A DNA stretch of 35,944 nt from the IMG/VR virus record IMGVR_UViG_2645728048_000030. One strand, 5' to 3'. Of this stretch, positions 20,667-29,083 are shown in pieces. How positions within the stretch are numbered: the stretch's first letter is position 1; the number at the start of each line of letters is the position of its first letter. Below the pieces are notes generated by a model. It ran no database searches, was not told the origin of the DNA, and saw nothing but the letters and a program-made list of their open reading frames with translations. Position numbers and translations under genes: made by a program. The stretch is from a virus (taxonomy: Duplodnaviria > Heunggongvirae > Uroviricota > Caudoviricetes).

Positions 20667-22185
20667 CCAGACGCCCCCATATATCGGCAACAAAAATGGC
20701 ACGGGTCAGCATGTCGATAAGTTCTGCATCATCCATCTGCGGATATAATGAAGCAGCTTTGTTCATGGCGGCTTCCGGGCCATCTTTCAGCACAGAAAAA
20801 ATGACGGGTTTCAGCAGGGGATCAACCGAACGCTGCCAGTCTTCCGGTGAGACGCCCATCCGGTCGATATCATCCTCCTGCGGGATATCTTCAGCGGATA
20901 ATGCGGCCTCTTTCTGCGGACCGTTATCCATGACGACCGGTTGAGCAGTAAACACGGCTTCATCACCGACCGGCTGTGGAATATGAAGTTTTTCCTGTAT
21001 CCAGGAGACCGGAATACGCATTCCCGCCGCCAGTTTCGGAATGGCGTCAGACAGTGCCGTAATATCACCCGCTTCACTGGTATCAAATACAATGCCCGGC
21101 AGGCGGTTAATATCAATGGTGCTGTCACTGTTCAGTGCCAGCAGGGGATAAATCAGGTCACGGTTAATACTGCGGGCAAGCTGGCCCACATCCGCGTTAC
21201 GGATTTCCCGGCGAACCTCATCATGCACTTCACCCAGCGACCGTGCACCTTTATCGCCAGCCTCTGTGGTCAGGGTGCCGCCCAGAATGGCTTTTGAAAT
21301 CGCTTTTTCTGCCCAGCCAATCATCGCCATAAAGGGATCAGACTGACCATCTGCGGCGCTCTGAAAATCCAGCGTCATCCCCATCGGAATAATGCCACCG
21401 GCACGTCGCCCGATATCCATCACGGCCTGCATCAGCGTGGCTTTTTCGCGGTTTGTGGAGCCGGTCGGATATTTACCGACGCGCATGGGGAGTCCGTAAA
21501 TTTCCAGGAACTCCGCAAAATCACGCACGGAATAGTTTTTAAAAATAAAAGGCCAGATAAGCGTGCGCACAAGGCCATTGGTGCCAACGTACCCGGTGCG
21601 GGATTTGGCCCGGTGCATAAACCAGCCGAATGGTTGCAGCTCCAGCCCGTGATAAGACGTATCACGCAAACGTAATTCGTTCAGATTATCGGGGTTCGCG
21701 CAGAACAGCGCCGGATCGCGATGATGCAGCGCCACCGGCACGCGCATTTTTCCCAGCCAGCCCCATTCAATCTCCTGCATGGAATAACCCTTGAGAATGG
21801 CATCACCGGCATCAAACAGGGCATCTTCAAACCACGCCGCATCATGCAGATATTCATTCAGCATGTCAGCGTCTTTTTTCTCCTGTGCGCTGGCATCACG
21901 TGCCGGAGCGATGCGCCATTCCAGCGCCTGAATGGCAAGGCGGCGTTTGCTCAGTTCGGAAAAAAGGTGGGTGTCCTTTTCTTCCATATCAAAGGCCAGG
22001 TCAGCCTGTGCTGTCAGATCACCGCGTTCGGCATCACGCAGCATCTGCGCGGCCCGGTTTGGCGTCACACCACTGGAAGGATGCTCCTGCGTGCGCTTCA
22101 TGACCATTGCCAGCTCATCGCTGCGGGTCTGCATTTCATCGTCAAAATCAAACGGCTGCCCGGAAATATCCAGAATACGGCCCAT
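20647..22185 (-). CDS. H: Portal protein
   Basis: 512 codons; its ATG overlaps the terminase large-subunit stop (ATGA). Confidence 0.9.
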   Translation of the reverse strand: MGRILDISGQPFDFDDEMQTRSDELAMVMKRTQEHPSSGVTPNRAAQMLRDAERGDLTAQADLAFDMEEKDTHLFSELSKRRLAIQALEWRIAPARDASAQEKKDADMLNEYLHDAAWFEDALFDAGDAILKGYSMQEIEWGWLGKMRVPVALHHRDPALFCANPDNLNELRLRDTSYHGLELQPFGWFMHRAKSRTGYVGTNGLVRTLIWPFIFKNYSVRDFAEFLEIYGLPMRVGKYPTGSTNREKATLMQAVMDIGRRAGGIIPMGMTLDFQSAADGQSDPFMAMIGWAEKAISKAILGGTLTTEAGDKGARSLGEVHDEVRREIRNADVGQLARSINRDLIYPLLALNSDSTIDINRLPGIVFDTSEAGDITALSDAIPKLAAGMRIPVSWIQEKLHIPQPVGDEAVFTAQPVVMDNGPQKEAALSAEDIPQEDDIDRMGVSPEDWQRSVDPLLKPVIFSVLKDGPEAAMNKAASLYPQMDDAELIDMLTRAIFVADIWGRLDAAADH

Positions 22186-23840
22186 TACCAGCCCCCTCGT
22201 TCAAACTGGTGATAATCATCAAAATCATCGTTATCAACATCATCACCACGGTGGCGTGGTGGCAGCGCCTGTATGCTGTCCTCGTCGATAACAAAACCAT
22301 TCATATAAGACGCCCTGACAGCCATACAGAGCGCCACGGCAAAGTCGCCATGTCGTCGGCCTTTACCGCCTTCATCTTTTGTGCGCCCCTTATCAATCTG
22401 CGGAATACCTTTGTCCACCTTGATGTGGAGCAGGTCATCAAGTGTGGTCTGGTGCCGGGCAATCGTGATGTTCTGCGCTTCAAACTCGCCTTTCAGTTTT
22501 GGCATCCACTCCTGATACCAGGATGCGGTCAGATTCACACAGTCGATCATCTCCGGGCCATAAATCAGACGGGCGGCTTCTGCCAGATAACCGCCGTTAC
22601 CGGTGGCATCAAATGCAGCGCCGGTAAAACGGGGCAAACGGGACAGAATGAATAAAAGGATTTGTCGCTGCTGGTCATAGGTCACATTACGCAGCTCCAC
22701 GCGGAAACATTCGCGTTTGCGTAAGTCAGGAGTGATGGCAAGCGGCACAAACACCGACAGGTCGCCACGGCGTGCAAAGTCTTCGCCCAGTACGTGTTTA
22801 TTGAGCGGCGACAGCGCATCGAGCAACGGGAGCAGCTCCTGTTCACACCAGTCCTGAACGATGCCGTGGCGCATTTGTGGTGTCAGCGATTCAAAATCGT
22901 CCGGGGCTTCAAAACGCAGAATCGGGATATCCCGCGCTGGCGTCATGGCGGCTTCAATCAGCACGCGTGACAGATAAGCGCCCCCGGATTTTTTAGGAAT
23001 GCAGCCGTATTCCTCGTCGGCACTCTCTTTATTCGGCGCATTCCGGTACAGGCCATCACGCCAGGCTTTTTCCGCTTCCGGCGACCACGGCTGATTCGTG
23101 ACGTAACAGATACGTCGGTACAACCCGTCAGCGATGGCATCATCCAGCGTGATGCGGTGAACGCTGTAATCCTTGCGCCCCTCGCGCGCATCCTGAATGT
23201 ACTGGTTAAACAGGTTATCGACGCCGTTATGTGTCGATATGATCCGCACGTTGGCACCCCACATGGTGAGAGCAAAAGCCGCTTTCAGGAGTTCGTCCAG
23301 GGCTTCATGAAATGCCGCCTCATCAATCACCACGTCCCCCTGCAAACCACGCAGGTTAGACGGACGGCTTGACAGCGCCTGCACCTTAAATCCGCTGTTA
23401 GGGAAACGGATCATATAAGTGAGGATTTCTTCTTTTTTGTCGCTGTCCCAGAAGGTCTGCTCCCAGACATCAGCCTTTGCCAGCTGGTTAAAGGCGCGGG
23501 CAAACAGGGCACAGGCGGCGATATATTCCAGCGCCATTTCCTGACGGGAACCCACATAAAAGACGTTGCGACCGCCACGGCGGCGCGGCTTTGCTGCCGT
23601 CATGACATTGCGGCCCGCTTCGGCCCATGTCAGACCGGTACGACGGGATTTTTCAGCGATGCAAATCTGGCTTTCATCCTCAAACCAGCGGCGCTGATAA
23701 CCCAGGAAAACCGGTTCATTGCGGGGCTGTGCTTCACCGATATCGGTCACGATATTCACGCCGAGCAGTTCGGCTTCCTCACGCAGGTTGATTTTGCGGG
23801 GCGCATGAAGGGCTTTAAGGTTGTTTTCTCTGGTGTTCAT
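22185..23840 (-). CDS. Terminase large subunit
   Basis: Track ORF 22185..24032; the likely start is the internal ATG at codon 65, 7 nt after the small-subunit stop, leaving about 551 codons. Confidence 0.85.
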   Translation of the reverse strand: MNTRENNLKALHAPRKINLREEAELLGVNIVTDIGEAQPRNEPVFLGYQRRWFEDESQICIAEKSRRTGLTWAEAGRNVMTAAKPRRRGGRNVFYVGSRQEMALEYIAACALFARAFNQLAKADVWEQTFWDSDKKEEILTYMIRFPNSGFKVQALSSRPSNLRGLQGDVVIDEAAFHEALDELLKAAFALTMWGANVRIISTHNGVDNLFNQYIQDAREGRKDYSVHRITLDDAIADGLYRRICYVTNQPWSPEAEKAWRDGLYRNAPNKESADEEYGCIPKKSGGAYLSRVLIEAAMTPARDIPILRFEAPDDFESLTPQMRHGIVQDWCEQELLPLLDALSPLNKHVLGEDFARRGDLSVFVPLAITPDLRKRECFRVELRNVTYDQQRQILLFILSRLPRFTGAAFDATGNGGYLAEAARLIYGPEMIDCVNLTASWYQEWMPKLKGEFEAQNITIARHQTTLDDLLHIKVDKGIPQIDKGRTKDEGGKGRRHGDFAVALCMAVRASYMNGFVIDEDSIQALPPRHRGDDVDNDDFDDYHQFERGGW

Positions 23841-23847
23841 AACCCTC

Positions 23848-24438
23848 TCATGCCTTACCCAGCAGCACATCACGGATACGCTGCTCCAGCTCTTCGCTGA
23901 TGCCATCCTGCCCGCGCAGTTCTTCACTGACGGCGTTTGCCGCTTCTTCTGCGAATGCCTGGCGGATTTCTTTCTCGCGCCGGTGGCTGGACATTGCCGT
24001 GGATTCCAGACGCTGTGCCGCCAGCATGGCATTTTTCAGCAGGTCAATATCCACGTCAGATTCCGGGTTTTCGATTTGCCGCATCATGGCCTTAAAAAGC
24101 TGGCTGCGGGCCATTTCCAGAATCAGCTTTGTGGTTTCTCCCATTGGCTTGTCGCCAAGTTCTGCGGTCAGTGCTGACGTCATTTCACGCATCTGTCGCA
24201 GGTTATGGCCTACCTGCTCGACGTTCGTCGCGTAACGGTTCAGACCGGAACGGGAGAGTTTCATCTCATCCGGCAGGCCAGCGTCTTCAATCAGTGCGTT
24301 AATTTCTTCCAGAATGCGGGCCTGTGGGATCGCTTTATCACGCAGCATTTCATGCAGCGTTTTACGTACGTTTTCCGGCAATAAATCCACTTTTGAAGCC
24401 CGGCCCCGTGTTTTCCTGTCCATCACGCCTCCTGTCAT
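23848..24438 (-). CDS. Terminase small subunit (Mu gp27-like)
   Basis: 196-codon charged helical protein immediately upstream of the large subunit. Confidence 0.7.
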   Translation of the reverse strand: MTGGVMDRKTRGRASKVDLLPENVRKTLHEMLRDKAIPQARILEEINALIEDAGLPDEMKLSRSGLNRYATNVEQVGHNLRQMREMTSALTAELGDKPMGETTKLILEMARSQLFKAMMRQIENPESDVDIDLLKNAMLAAQRLESTAMSSHRREKEIRQAFAEEAANAVSEELRGQDGISEELEQRIRDVLLGKA

Positions 24439-24725
24439 GCACGGGGACGAGGACGCTTGACACCGGCAACGCGGGCACGACCTTCTGCCACATCCTGACC
24501 TCGGGAGGTCAGCGTTACGACATAAAAGCCGCGCAGGTTTTCCACGGTGACCAGTTGCTGCTCTGCCAGCCAGTCAATCTGGCCGCGAACCACATCGCGG
24601 GAAACGTTGTGTCCGTATGCATCCAGACAGTCCTGAAGAATGGATTCGTTTGCTTCGTTATTGCAGTCCATCAGGGAACGCAGGATGACCAGACGACGGT
24701 CTTCGGTCAGAATATCGTTAATCAT
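24435..24725 (-). CDS. Hypothetical protein (Mu gp26-like)
   Basis: 96 codons, synteny. Confidence 0.5.
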   Translation of the reverse strand: MINDILTEDRRLVILRSLMDCNNEANESILQDCLDAYGHNVSRDVVRGQIDWLAEQQLVTVENLRGFYVVTLTSRGQDVAEGRARVAGVKRPRPRA

Positions 24726-25021
24726 GAATTACTCCGGTTTACTGCGTTTTCAAGCAGCAGCTCCAGTTGATGGGAAAATGACTGCACCCGCTGGGACAGC
24801 ACCCGGATATCGCCGGACAGCTCTGCAATTCGCAGGCGCATTTCGTGTACATCTTCTGTGCCAGGGATGCTGGCGTAGCGGGTTTCCATTTCGGTCATCC
24901 GGTTTTCAAGACGCTCCACACGCTCAGTGCTGGCAAAACTACGACGCATTGCCCAGACGGCCCCACCGGCCACAACAGGCAACAGGTAAGGCCATAACGC
25001 TAAAACTGAAATCAAATCCAT
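24722..25021 (-). CDS. Small membrane protein with coiled coil; candidate lysis regulator (Mu gp25-like)
   Basis: Internal ATG at codon 7 overlaps the upstream stop; single N-terminal TM helix (LISVLALWPYLLPVVAGGAVWA) then a helical region. Confidence 0.5.
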   Translation of the reverse strand: MDLISVLALWPYLLPVVAGGAVWAMRRSFASTERVERLENRMTEMETRYASIPGTEDVHEMRLRIAELSGDIRVLSQRVQSFSHQLELLLENAVNRSNS

Positions 25022-25215
25022 TATTCTGCTCCACGGCACCAGTGGCAGTAGTTCGCCATCGGCTGCTGTCTCAGCACATCAGGCCGCAGCTCACGACCGC
25101 AACCGGCACACAATACAGGCGGGTCATACGCCGCCGGGCGGGGAATATCACGGGTATCCCCCTGCCAGAGTTCAGCGAGCAGCAGCGCCACCGCCCGGTT
25201 CTGGTCTTCGTTCAT
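25021..25215 (-). CDS. Small zinc-ribbon protein
   Basis: 64 codons with CAGCG...CHWC motif. Confidence 0.45.
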   Translation of the reverse strand: MNEDQNRAVALLLAELWQGDTRDIPRPAAYDPPVLCAGCGRELRPDVLRQQPMANYCHWCRGAE

Positions 25216-25513
25216 AAATTTCTTTCCTTCGGGTCTCCTGTTCCCGGACTGATGCCTTGTCGCGGTTGCACTGCCCGAGCGCCATCAACAGGTCAGCATT
25301 CCAGAGAAGGGATGCTCCCCACGTCAGGGGCTGTGGCATGGGCGGAACGGGCGTTGCTTCCGTCAGTTCTGCATCAGTTTCGGGCAGGATCACCACCGAT
25401 GGCACGGGTGCGTTTTTCGAGTTCCCGCAACCTGTCAGCAGCAACGGCAGGCACAGGACGAGTGCTGCAATTGTCACCGGTAATGGCGGTTGTAATTTTT
25501 TGTTTTGCATCAT
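25172..25513 (-). CDS. o-spanin-like outer-membrane lipoprotein
   Basis: Internal start MMQNKK...LLLTGC gives a lipobox signal peptide followed by a Pro-rich region; the frame begins inside the i-spanin gene and extends beyond it. Confidence 0.55.
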   Translation of the reverse strand: MMQNKKLQPPLPVTIAALVLCLPLLLTGCGNSKNAPVPSVVILPETDAELTEATPVPPMPQPLTWGASLLWNADLLMALGQCNRDKASVREQETRRKEIYERRPEPGGGAAAR

Positions 25514-25760
25514 GATGTTCTGTCTCGTCTGCCAGCCGCGCGGCACGATTTGCGGCACGGATAGTGGAAAATACCTGCATCGTCTGTTCCTGACCGTGTA
25601 ACAACCATTCAGCCGTGTTGCGGGCCTGTTGCTCCGTCTGTAATTCACGGCGCAGCGTCTGGTTATCGTGGCGGGTGCTGTCCAGCCTGTGCCACAACAC
25701 CCCGGACAGAACGGCGGCAAACACGGCTGCCAGCAGTAAACTTTTACTGGCGAAGGTCAT
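25374..25760 (-). CDS. i-spanin-like inner-membrane protein
   Basis: 128 codons, N-terminal TM helix then charged helical periplasmic domain; directly after the endolysin gene. Confidence 0.6.
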   Translation of the reverse strand: MTFASKSLLLAAVFAAVLSGVLWHRLDSTRHDNQTLRRELQTEQQARNTAEWLLHGQEQTMQVFSTIRAANRAARLADETEHHDAKQKITTAITGDNCSTRPVPAVAADRLRELEKRTRAIGGDPARN

Positions 25761-26262
25761 CCGCCCCCCTGATATTCCAGATAGCCATTTCCACTTCGCG
25801 ACGGTTCATCAGTCCTTTCCATTTATGGCCTGCGGCAAACACCCAGCGGGCCATCTGGTCACGCGCTCCGGCGTAATCACCGGCATTGAGTTTTTTCAGC
25901 AGCGTTGATTTACTGAATGCGGTAACACCGGTGTTGAAAATAAACGTTGCCAGCGCCGTTTTCTGATATGGCGTCAGCGGCACCCTGACAAGACGATCGA
26001 TTGCCGCATAAACCGGTTTTAAATCACCGTCGAGAAGAGCCATACACTCCGCATGGCTGTAACGGCGCATTTCGATATCCGGCCCGGTATGTCCCACACA
26101 GACCGTAAGCACACCGGCAATATCGCGGTAAGGCATATAAGCGATATTTTCCAGATGGATCAGAGACTGACGGGTCATTTCCTGATAACCACCCACACCG
26201 CCACCGGCAATCGTTGCCGCCAGCAGTGCGGCTTTCAGTTTTTTGGGTATCCCCGCCATCAT
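25744..26262 (-). CDS. lys: Endolysin, lysozyme family, with N-terminal signal-anchor-release-like segment
   Basis: 172 codons; N-terminus KKLKAALLAATIAGGGVGGY is weakly hydrophobic and Gly/Ala-rich; directly downstream of C. Confidence 0.85.
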   Translation of the reverse strand: MMAGIPKKLKAALLAATIAGGGVGGYQEMTRQSLIHLENIAYMPYRDIAGVLTVCVGHTGPDIEMRRYSHAECMALLDGDLKPVYAAIDRLVRVPLTPYQKTALATFIFNTGVTAFSKSTLLKKLNAGDYAGARDQMARWVFAAGHKWKGLMNRREVEMAIWNIRGADDLRQ

Positions 26263-26332
26263 GCTTCCCTGAAAAAATGCTCTGATGGCAGTCTAAAAAA
26301 TCAGATGGCAGGTGCGGGATTATGGTGACAGG

Positions 26333-26360
26333 AAATAACCGGCAGGATGCCGGTTATTTC
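26333..26360 (-). terminator. Dyad hairpin at the C stop codon (middle-transcript terminator and/or C-binding dyad of P-lys)
   Basis: aaataaccggca-gga-tgccggttattt, 12-bp perfect stem overlapping the C stop; U-rich 3' arm on the minus strand; lies about 70-95 bp upstream of the lys ATG. Confidence 0.45.
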
Positions 26361-26776
26361 TGGCTTTCAGGTGAGAACAGATCAGGCTGATGACGTCGTG
26401 TATGCAGCTTTCTCTGGCGGGCAATAATCTGGTAGATCTGCGGCTGGGACAGGCGATACTGGCGACGCAGTTCTTCCATGTTACAACCATTGAACTGGCA
26501 GTAAAGCAAATCGTCGCGTAACGCGGTCAGGATCGTATCGCCGCAGGGGATGTAAAACTGCCGCCCGCCCAGAAAACAGGACAGGGCAACGGCCTGTTTA
26601 CGGGCAAGCTCACGGGGATTGCTGACGTTCTGGCGTTTCAGTTCGTTTTCCAGAACATCAATCAGATCAACCACCGAACGGGGCCAGCGTGATTCCAGTT
26701 CCGGGGCCGGGATGTTATCAATATGTCCGATTAACTGGCGAATTGCCGGATCGTGTTCAAATAAATCATGCTGCAT
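26354..26776 (-). CDS. C: Late-gene transcription activator C
   Basis: 140 codons; paralogue of Mor (shared GG.Q.YIP...FNG.N..EL motif). Confidence 0.9.
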   Translation of the reverse strand: MQHDLFEHDPAIRQLIGHIDNIPAPELESRWPRSVVDLIDVLENELKRQNVSNPRELARKQAVALSCFLGGRQFYIPCGDTILTALRDDLLYCQFNGCNMEELRRQYRLSQPQIYQIIARQRKLHTRRHQPDLFSPESQK

Positions 26777-26788
26777 ATTTTCCCCCGG

Positions 26789-26908
26789 TTAACAGACAGA
26801 AAGATACACCACGGCACTGATGGTTATCAGAACCACAAGGGCAATCACTTTTATCGCACTCATCAGCGTGGACGGCCCGAAACATTCATCACTGAATTTT
26901 CTGTACAT
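26789..26908 (-). CDS. Possible 39-codon small hydrophobic protein (below the ORF-track cutoff)
   Basis: ATG with AAGGGG about 5 nt upstream; reads MYRKFSDECFGPSTLMSAIKVIALVVLITISAVVYLSVC; fills the gap between the membrane-protein gene and C. Hand-translated. Confidence 0.3.
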   Translation of the reverse strand: MYRKFSDECFGPSTLMSAIKVIALVVLITISAVVYLSVC

Positions 26909-26917
26909 GGTGCCCCT

Positions 26918-27280
26918 TTACCCGAACAGACGAGCGCGAAAACGAAAGGAGAGCCAGAACGTCAGCAATCCGGCCAGCGCCCAGATGACATGCTCAGGAC
27001 CCGTTTTCAGTTGAGACGTTGCCATCACGGCTAATCCCAGCCCGGACAGACTCCCCAGCCAGGTCAGAGGCCAGACGAACCGGGCAAAATGTTCAGGCAC
27101 CCGGCAGCTCATTATCAGCGCATCCAGACAATCAGCGGCAACACATAAAGCAACACTGAAAACCGAGGCACAGCAAAACATCAGCGCGCGCCAGCCACAA
27201 AACAGACTTATCCACAATAACAGCGCCAGTAATACCACCGATAAAAAATCAGGCCACTGACGAGCAGAACGCTCAGACAT
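26918..27280 (-). CDS. Multi-pass membrane protein of the middle operon (holin-like; Mu gp19-like)
   Basis: Internal ATG at codon 18 with GGGAGA SD; 3-4 predicted TM helices; track ORF extends to 27331. Confidence 0.55.
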   Translation of the reverse strand: MSERSARQWPDFLSVVLLALLLWISLFCGWRALMFCCASVFSVALCVAADCLDALIMSCRVPEHFARFVWPLTWLGSLSGLGLAVMATSQLKTGPEHVIWALAGLLTFWLSFRFRARLFG

Positions 27281-27491
27281 AATGTTTCTCCCTGTAAAGC
27301 AGGCAATGATGAAGAATTTCCGGCATATCAACTGACTGCCAGCCTTTCATGTAATAACTGCCGTGGGTGCCATCATGACCGGTATAGTCGCGGGGCGCAG
27401 GCCGTGGCCCACCGGCGACACGGTGCAAAACCTCCTGACGCAGCCGCTCACGTCTGCCAAGATGAAAGGATGCATTCCAGCCTTTACCCAT
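27273..27491 (-). CDS. Hypothetical 72-codon protein, first ORF after the early terminator
   Basis: ATG with a G-rich SD-like run upstream; stop overlaps the next gene's start by 8 nt. Gly/Arg/His-rich, so uncertain. Confidence 0.4.
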   Translation of the reverse strand: MGKGWNASFHLGRRERLRQEVLHRVAGGPRPAPRDYTGHDGTHGSYYMKGWQSVDMPEILHHCLLYREKHYV

Positions 27492-27535
27492 GATGATTTC
27501 CCCCGGTACGGTTATTCATCACAGGATATTGAGGA

Positions 27536-27563
27536 CGTAAAAAAAGCCGGATTAACCGGCTTT
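27536..27563 (-). terminator. Intrinsic terminator after mor (early-operon terminator, equivalent to Mu t9.2)
   Basis: aaagccgg-ttaat-ccggcttt hairpin followed by a run of about 7 U on the minus strand, 5-7 nt after the mor stop. Confidence 0.7.
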
Positions 27564-27568
27564 ACTGT

Positions 27569-27958
27569 TTACAGAAGTGAGGGCTGGTACTGGCGGTATT
27601 TCAGCCGTCGCATCCGGCGAATGGCCTTGTAAACCGTATTGAAAGTGACACCATAACGGGTGGTCAGTTCGCTGACGTTGCGACCGTTAAAATCATTCCA
27701 GATACGCAAATCCCGAATCAGCGAGTCCAGAACCTGACCGCGTGGAATGTAGACCTGACCGCCGCCCAGATGCTTACAGATAGCCACAACAATCTCCAGT
27801 GAATGGGCAGGATCAACACCCAGCCGGGACAATTCCCCGCGCAGTAAATCGTTCAGCTCCGCCAGCAGTGCCGGAAAGCGTGACGTATCCTCTGCGGGAT
27901 TGTCAAGATGTGCCAGGATGGTGTCATCCTGCAAATCACCAAATAAATCTTCCGTCAT
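27569..27958 (-). CDS. mor: Middle operon regulator Mor
   Basis: 129 codons, recognised sequence; paralogue of C. Confidence 0.9.
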   Translation of the reverse strand: MTEDLFGDLQDDTILAHLDNPAEDTSRFPALLAELNDLLRGELSRLGVDPAHSLEIVVAICKHLGGGQVYIPRGQVLDSLIRDLRIWNDFNGRNVSELTTRYGVTFNTVYKAIRRMRRLKYRQYQPSLL

Positions 27959-28506
27959 TGTGCCATCCTCCGTGTCTTTCTGGCATGGGCATAAGCCGCC
28001 GTCATGGCATCATAGCCGCGCAGTTCACGCCCGGACGGACTGACTGGCAACGGAAGCCCGTGACGGGAAAAGGCTTCACGAATACAGCGGATATGCCACT
28101 GCTTGAGAGTTTCGAGAACAATCAACAGGGTGTCGCCATGACACCACGCCAGCGTGGAAACACCCTGTCCGCCATTACGTTTCGCCGTCAGGCGCTGAAC
28201 ATATTTATCCAGCGCCACATCACCGCCATCGGTAATAAAACCGTCTTCTGCCATCTGCTGCCAGACTTTGTATACCTTCTCGCGGGGCGTGACATGCCCC
28301 TTAAAGCGGCGACGTGGATGTTTATTCAGCTTCTTAAAGCCGCGTTCTTTCATGGCATCGAGCACCTGTTCCAGTTGCGTAACCGTCAGCTCGCGGCAAC
28401 TGATTTTGCCCGTTTTCTGCATCAGAAAAGCTCGGTAAGTGTCGTCGTCGAGTTGTAGCTCCCGACGGGCGACATGGATTAATTTAATCAGGGATGTGCG
28501 ATTCAT
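27955..28506 (-). CDS. gemA: GemA
   Basis: 183 codons immediately upstream of mor, with GGAGGT SD. Confidence 0.8.
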   Translation of the reverse strand: MNRTSLIKLIHVARRELQLDDDTYRAFLMQKTGKISCRELTVTQLEQVLDAMKERGFKKLNKHPRRRFKGHVTPREKVYKVWQQMAEDGFITDGGDVALDKYVQRLTAKRNGGQGVSTLAWCHGDTLLIVLETLKQWHIRCIREAFSRHGLPLPVSPSGRELRGYDAMTAAYAHARKTRRMAQ

Positions 28507-28575
28507 GATCGTACCTCCGGAAAGAGGCGGTGCTGCAACACCGCCTGAATTTACACATCAATCAGAGAGGATTTT

Positions 28576-28842
28576 ATGGAAAATAATGTACAACCTTATG
28601 ATGTTGCAGGTTATGCGATTGCATCAGCACTGGTGCGCCTTCTGGTGAAGAAGGCGATCATCACCGCAGAAGAGGGCCAGGCCATTTTCAGCTCTTCAGC
28701 AGAGATTTTAAAAGATGCGCCTGCAATAAGAACAAGCCGCCGCGAAAACATGCAACTGTCAAAGATCATGGAAGACATTATCAGTTCGTTAGACCCAGAT
28801 GCTGACGGATCTCAAAAGCCTCAAACACATGAGCGTCAGTAA
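28576..28842 (+). CDS. Candidate opposite-strand gene of unknown function
   Basis: 88 codons; ATG preceded by AGAGAGG about 5 nt upstream; sits in the gap upstream of gemA and overlaps the 3' end of the convergent ORF 28781..29083 by about 60 nt. Confidence 0.35.
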   Translation: MENNVQPYDVAGYAIASALVRLLVKKAIITAEEGQAIFSSSAEILKDAPAIRTSRRENMQLSKIMEDIISSLDPDADGSQKPQTHERQ

Positions 28843-29083
28843 CAATATCCTGGTCTGATAACCCCAGCCTGCGGCGGATGTACTCCTCGCGGGCTGTTTC
28901 ATTTTGCAGTGCCACTACTGTTTCCAGACGATTCATTTCGCGGTTGATAATGTCACGGACTTCTCTGGCGGTGAGATTATGCTTAATACCATATTCAACG
29001 ATAGCGCGAACACGTTCCAGCATCCCTTTTTCAGCCATGACGTTATCAATATTAAGGGGAGTAAATTTATCTTCATTGTTCAT
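28781..29083 (-). CDS. Hypothetical early protein
   Basis: 100 codons, start overlaps upstream stop (translational coupling). Confidence 0.6.
   Translation of the reverse strand: MNNEDKFTPLNIDNVMAEKGMLERVRAIVEYGIKHNLTAREVRDIINREMNRLETVVALQNETAREEYIRRRLGLSDQDIVTDAHVFEAFEIRQHLGLTN

Noticed and set aside
24640-25515. 291-codon plus-strand ORF
   Set aside because: Antisense across four tiled lysis-region genes; Arg/Pro/Ala-rich low-complexity translation.
27363-27632. 89-codon plus-strand ORF
   Set aside because: Spans the early terminator hairpin and the 3' end of mor; no SD; antisense artefact.
28611-28778. Minus-strand frame of up to 55 codons in the gap upstream of gemA
   Set aside because: None of its in-frame ATGs has an SD, whereas the plus-strand ORF in the same gap does. 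Not fully excluded; kept as the alternative hypothesis.
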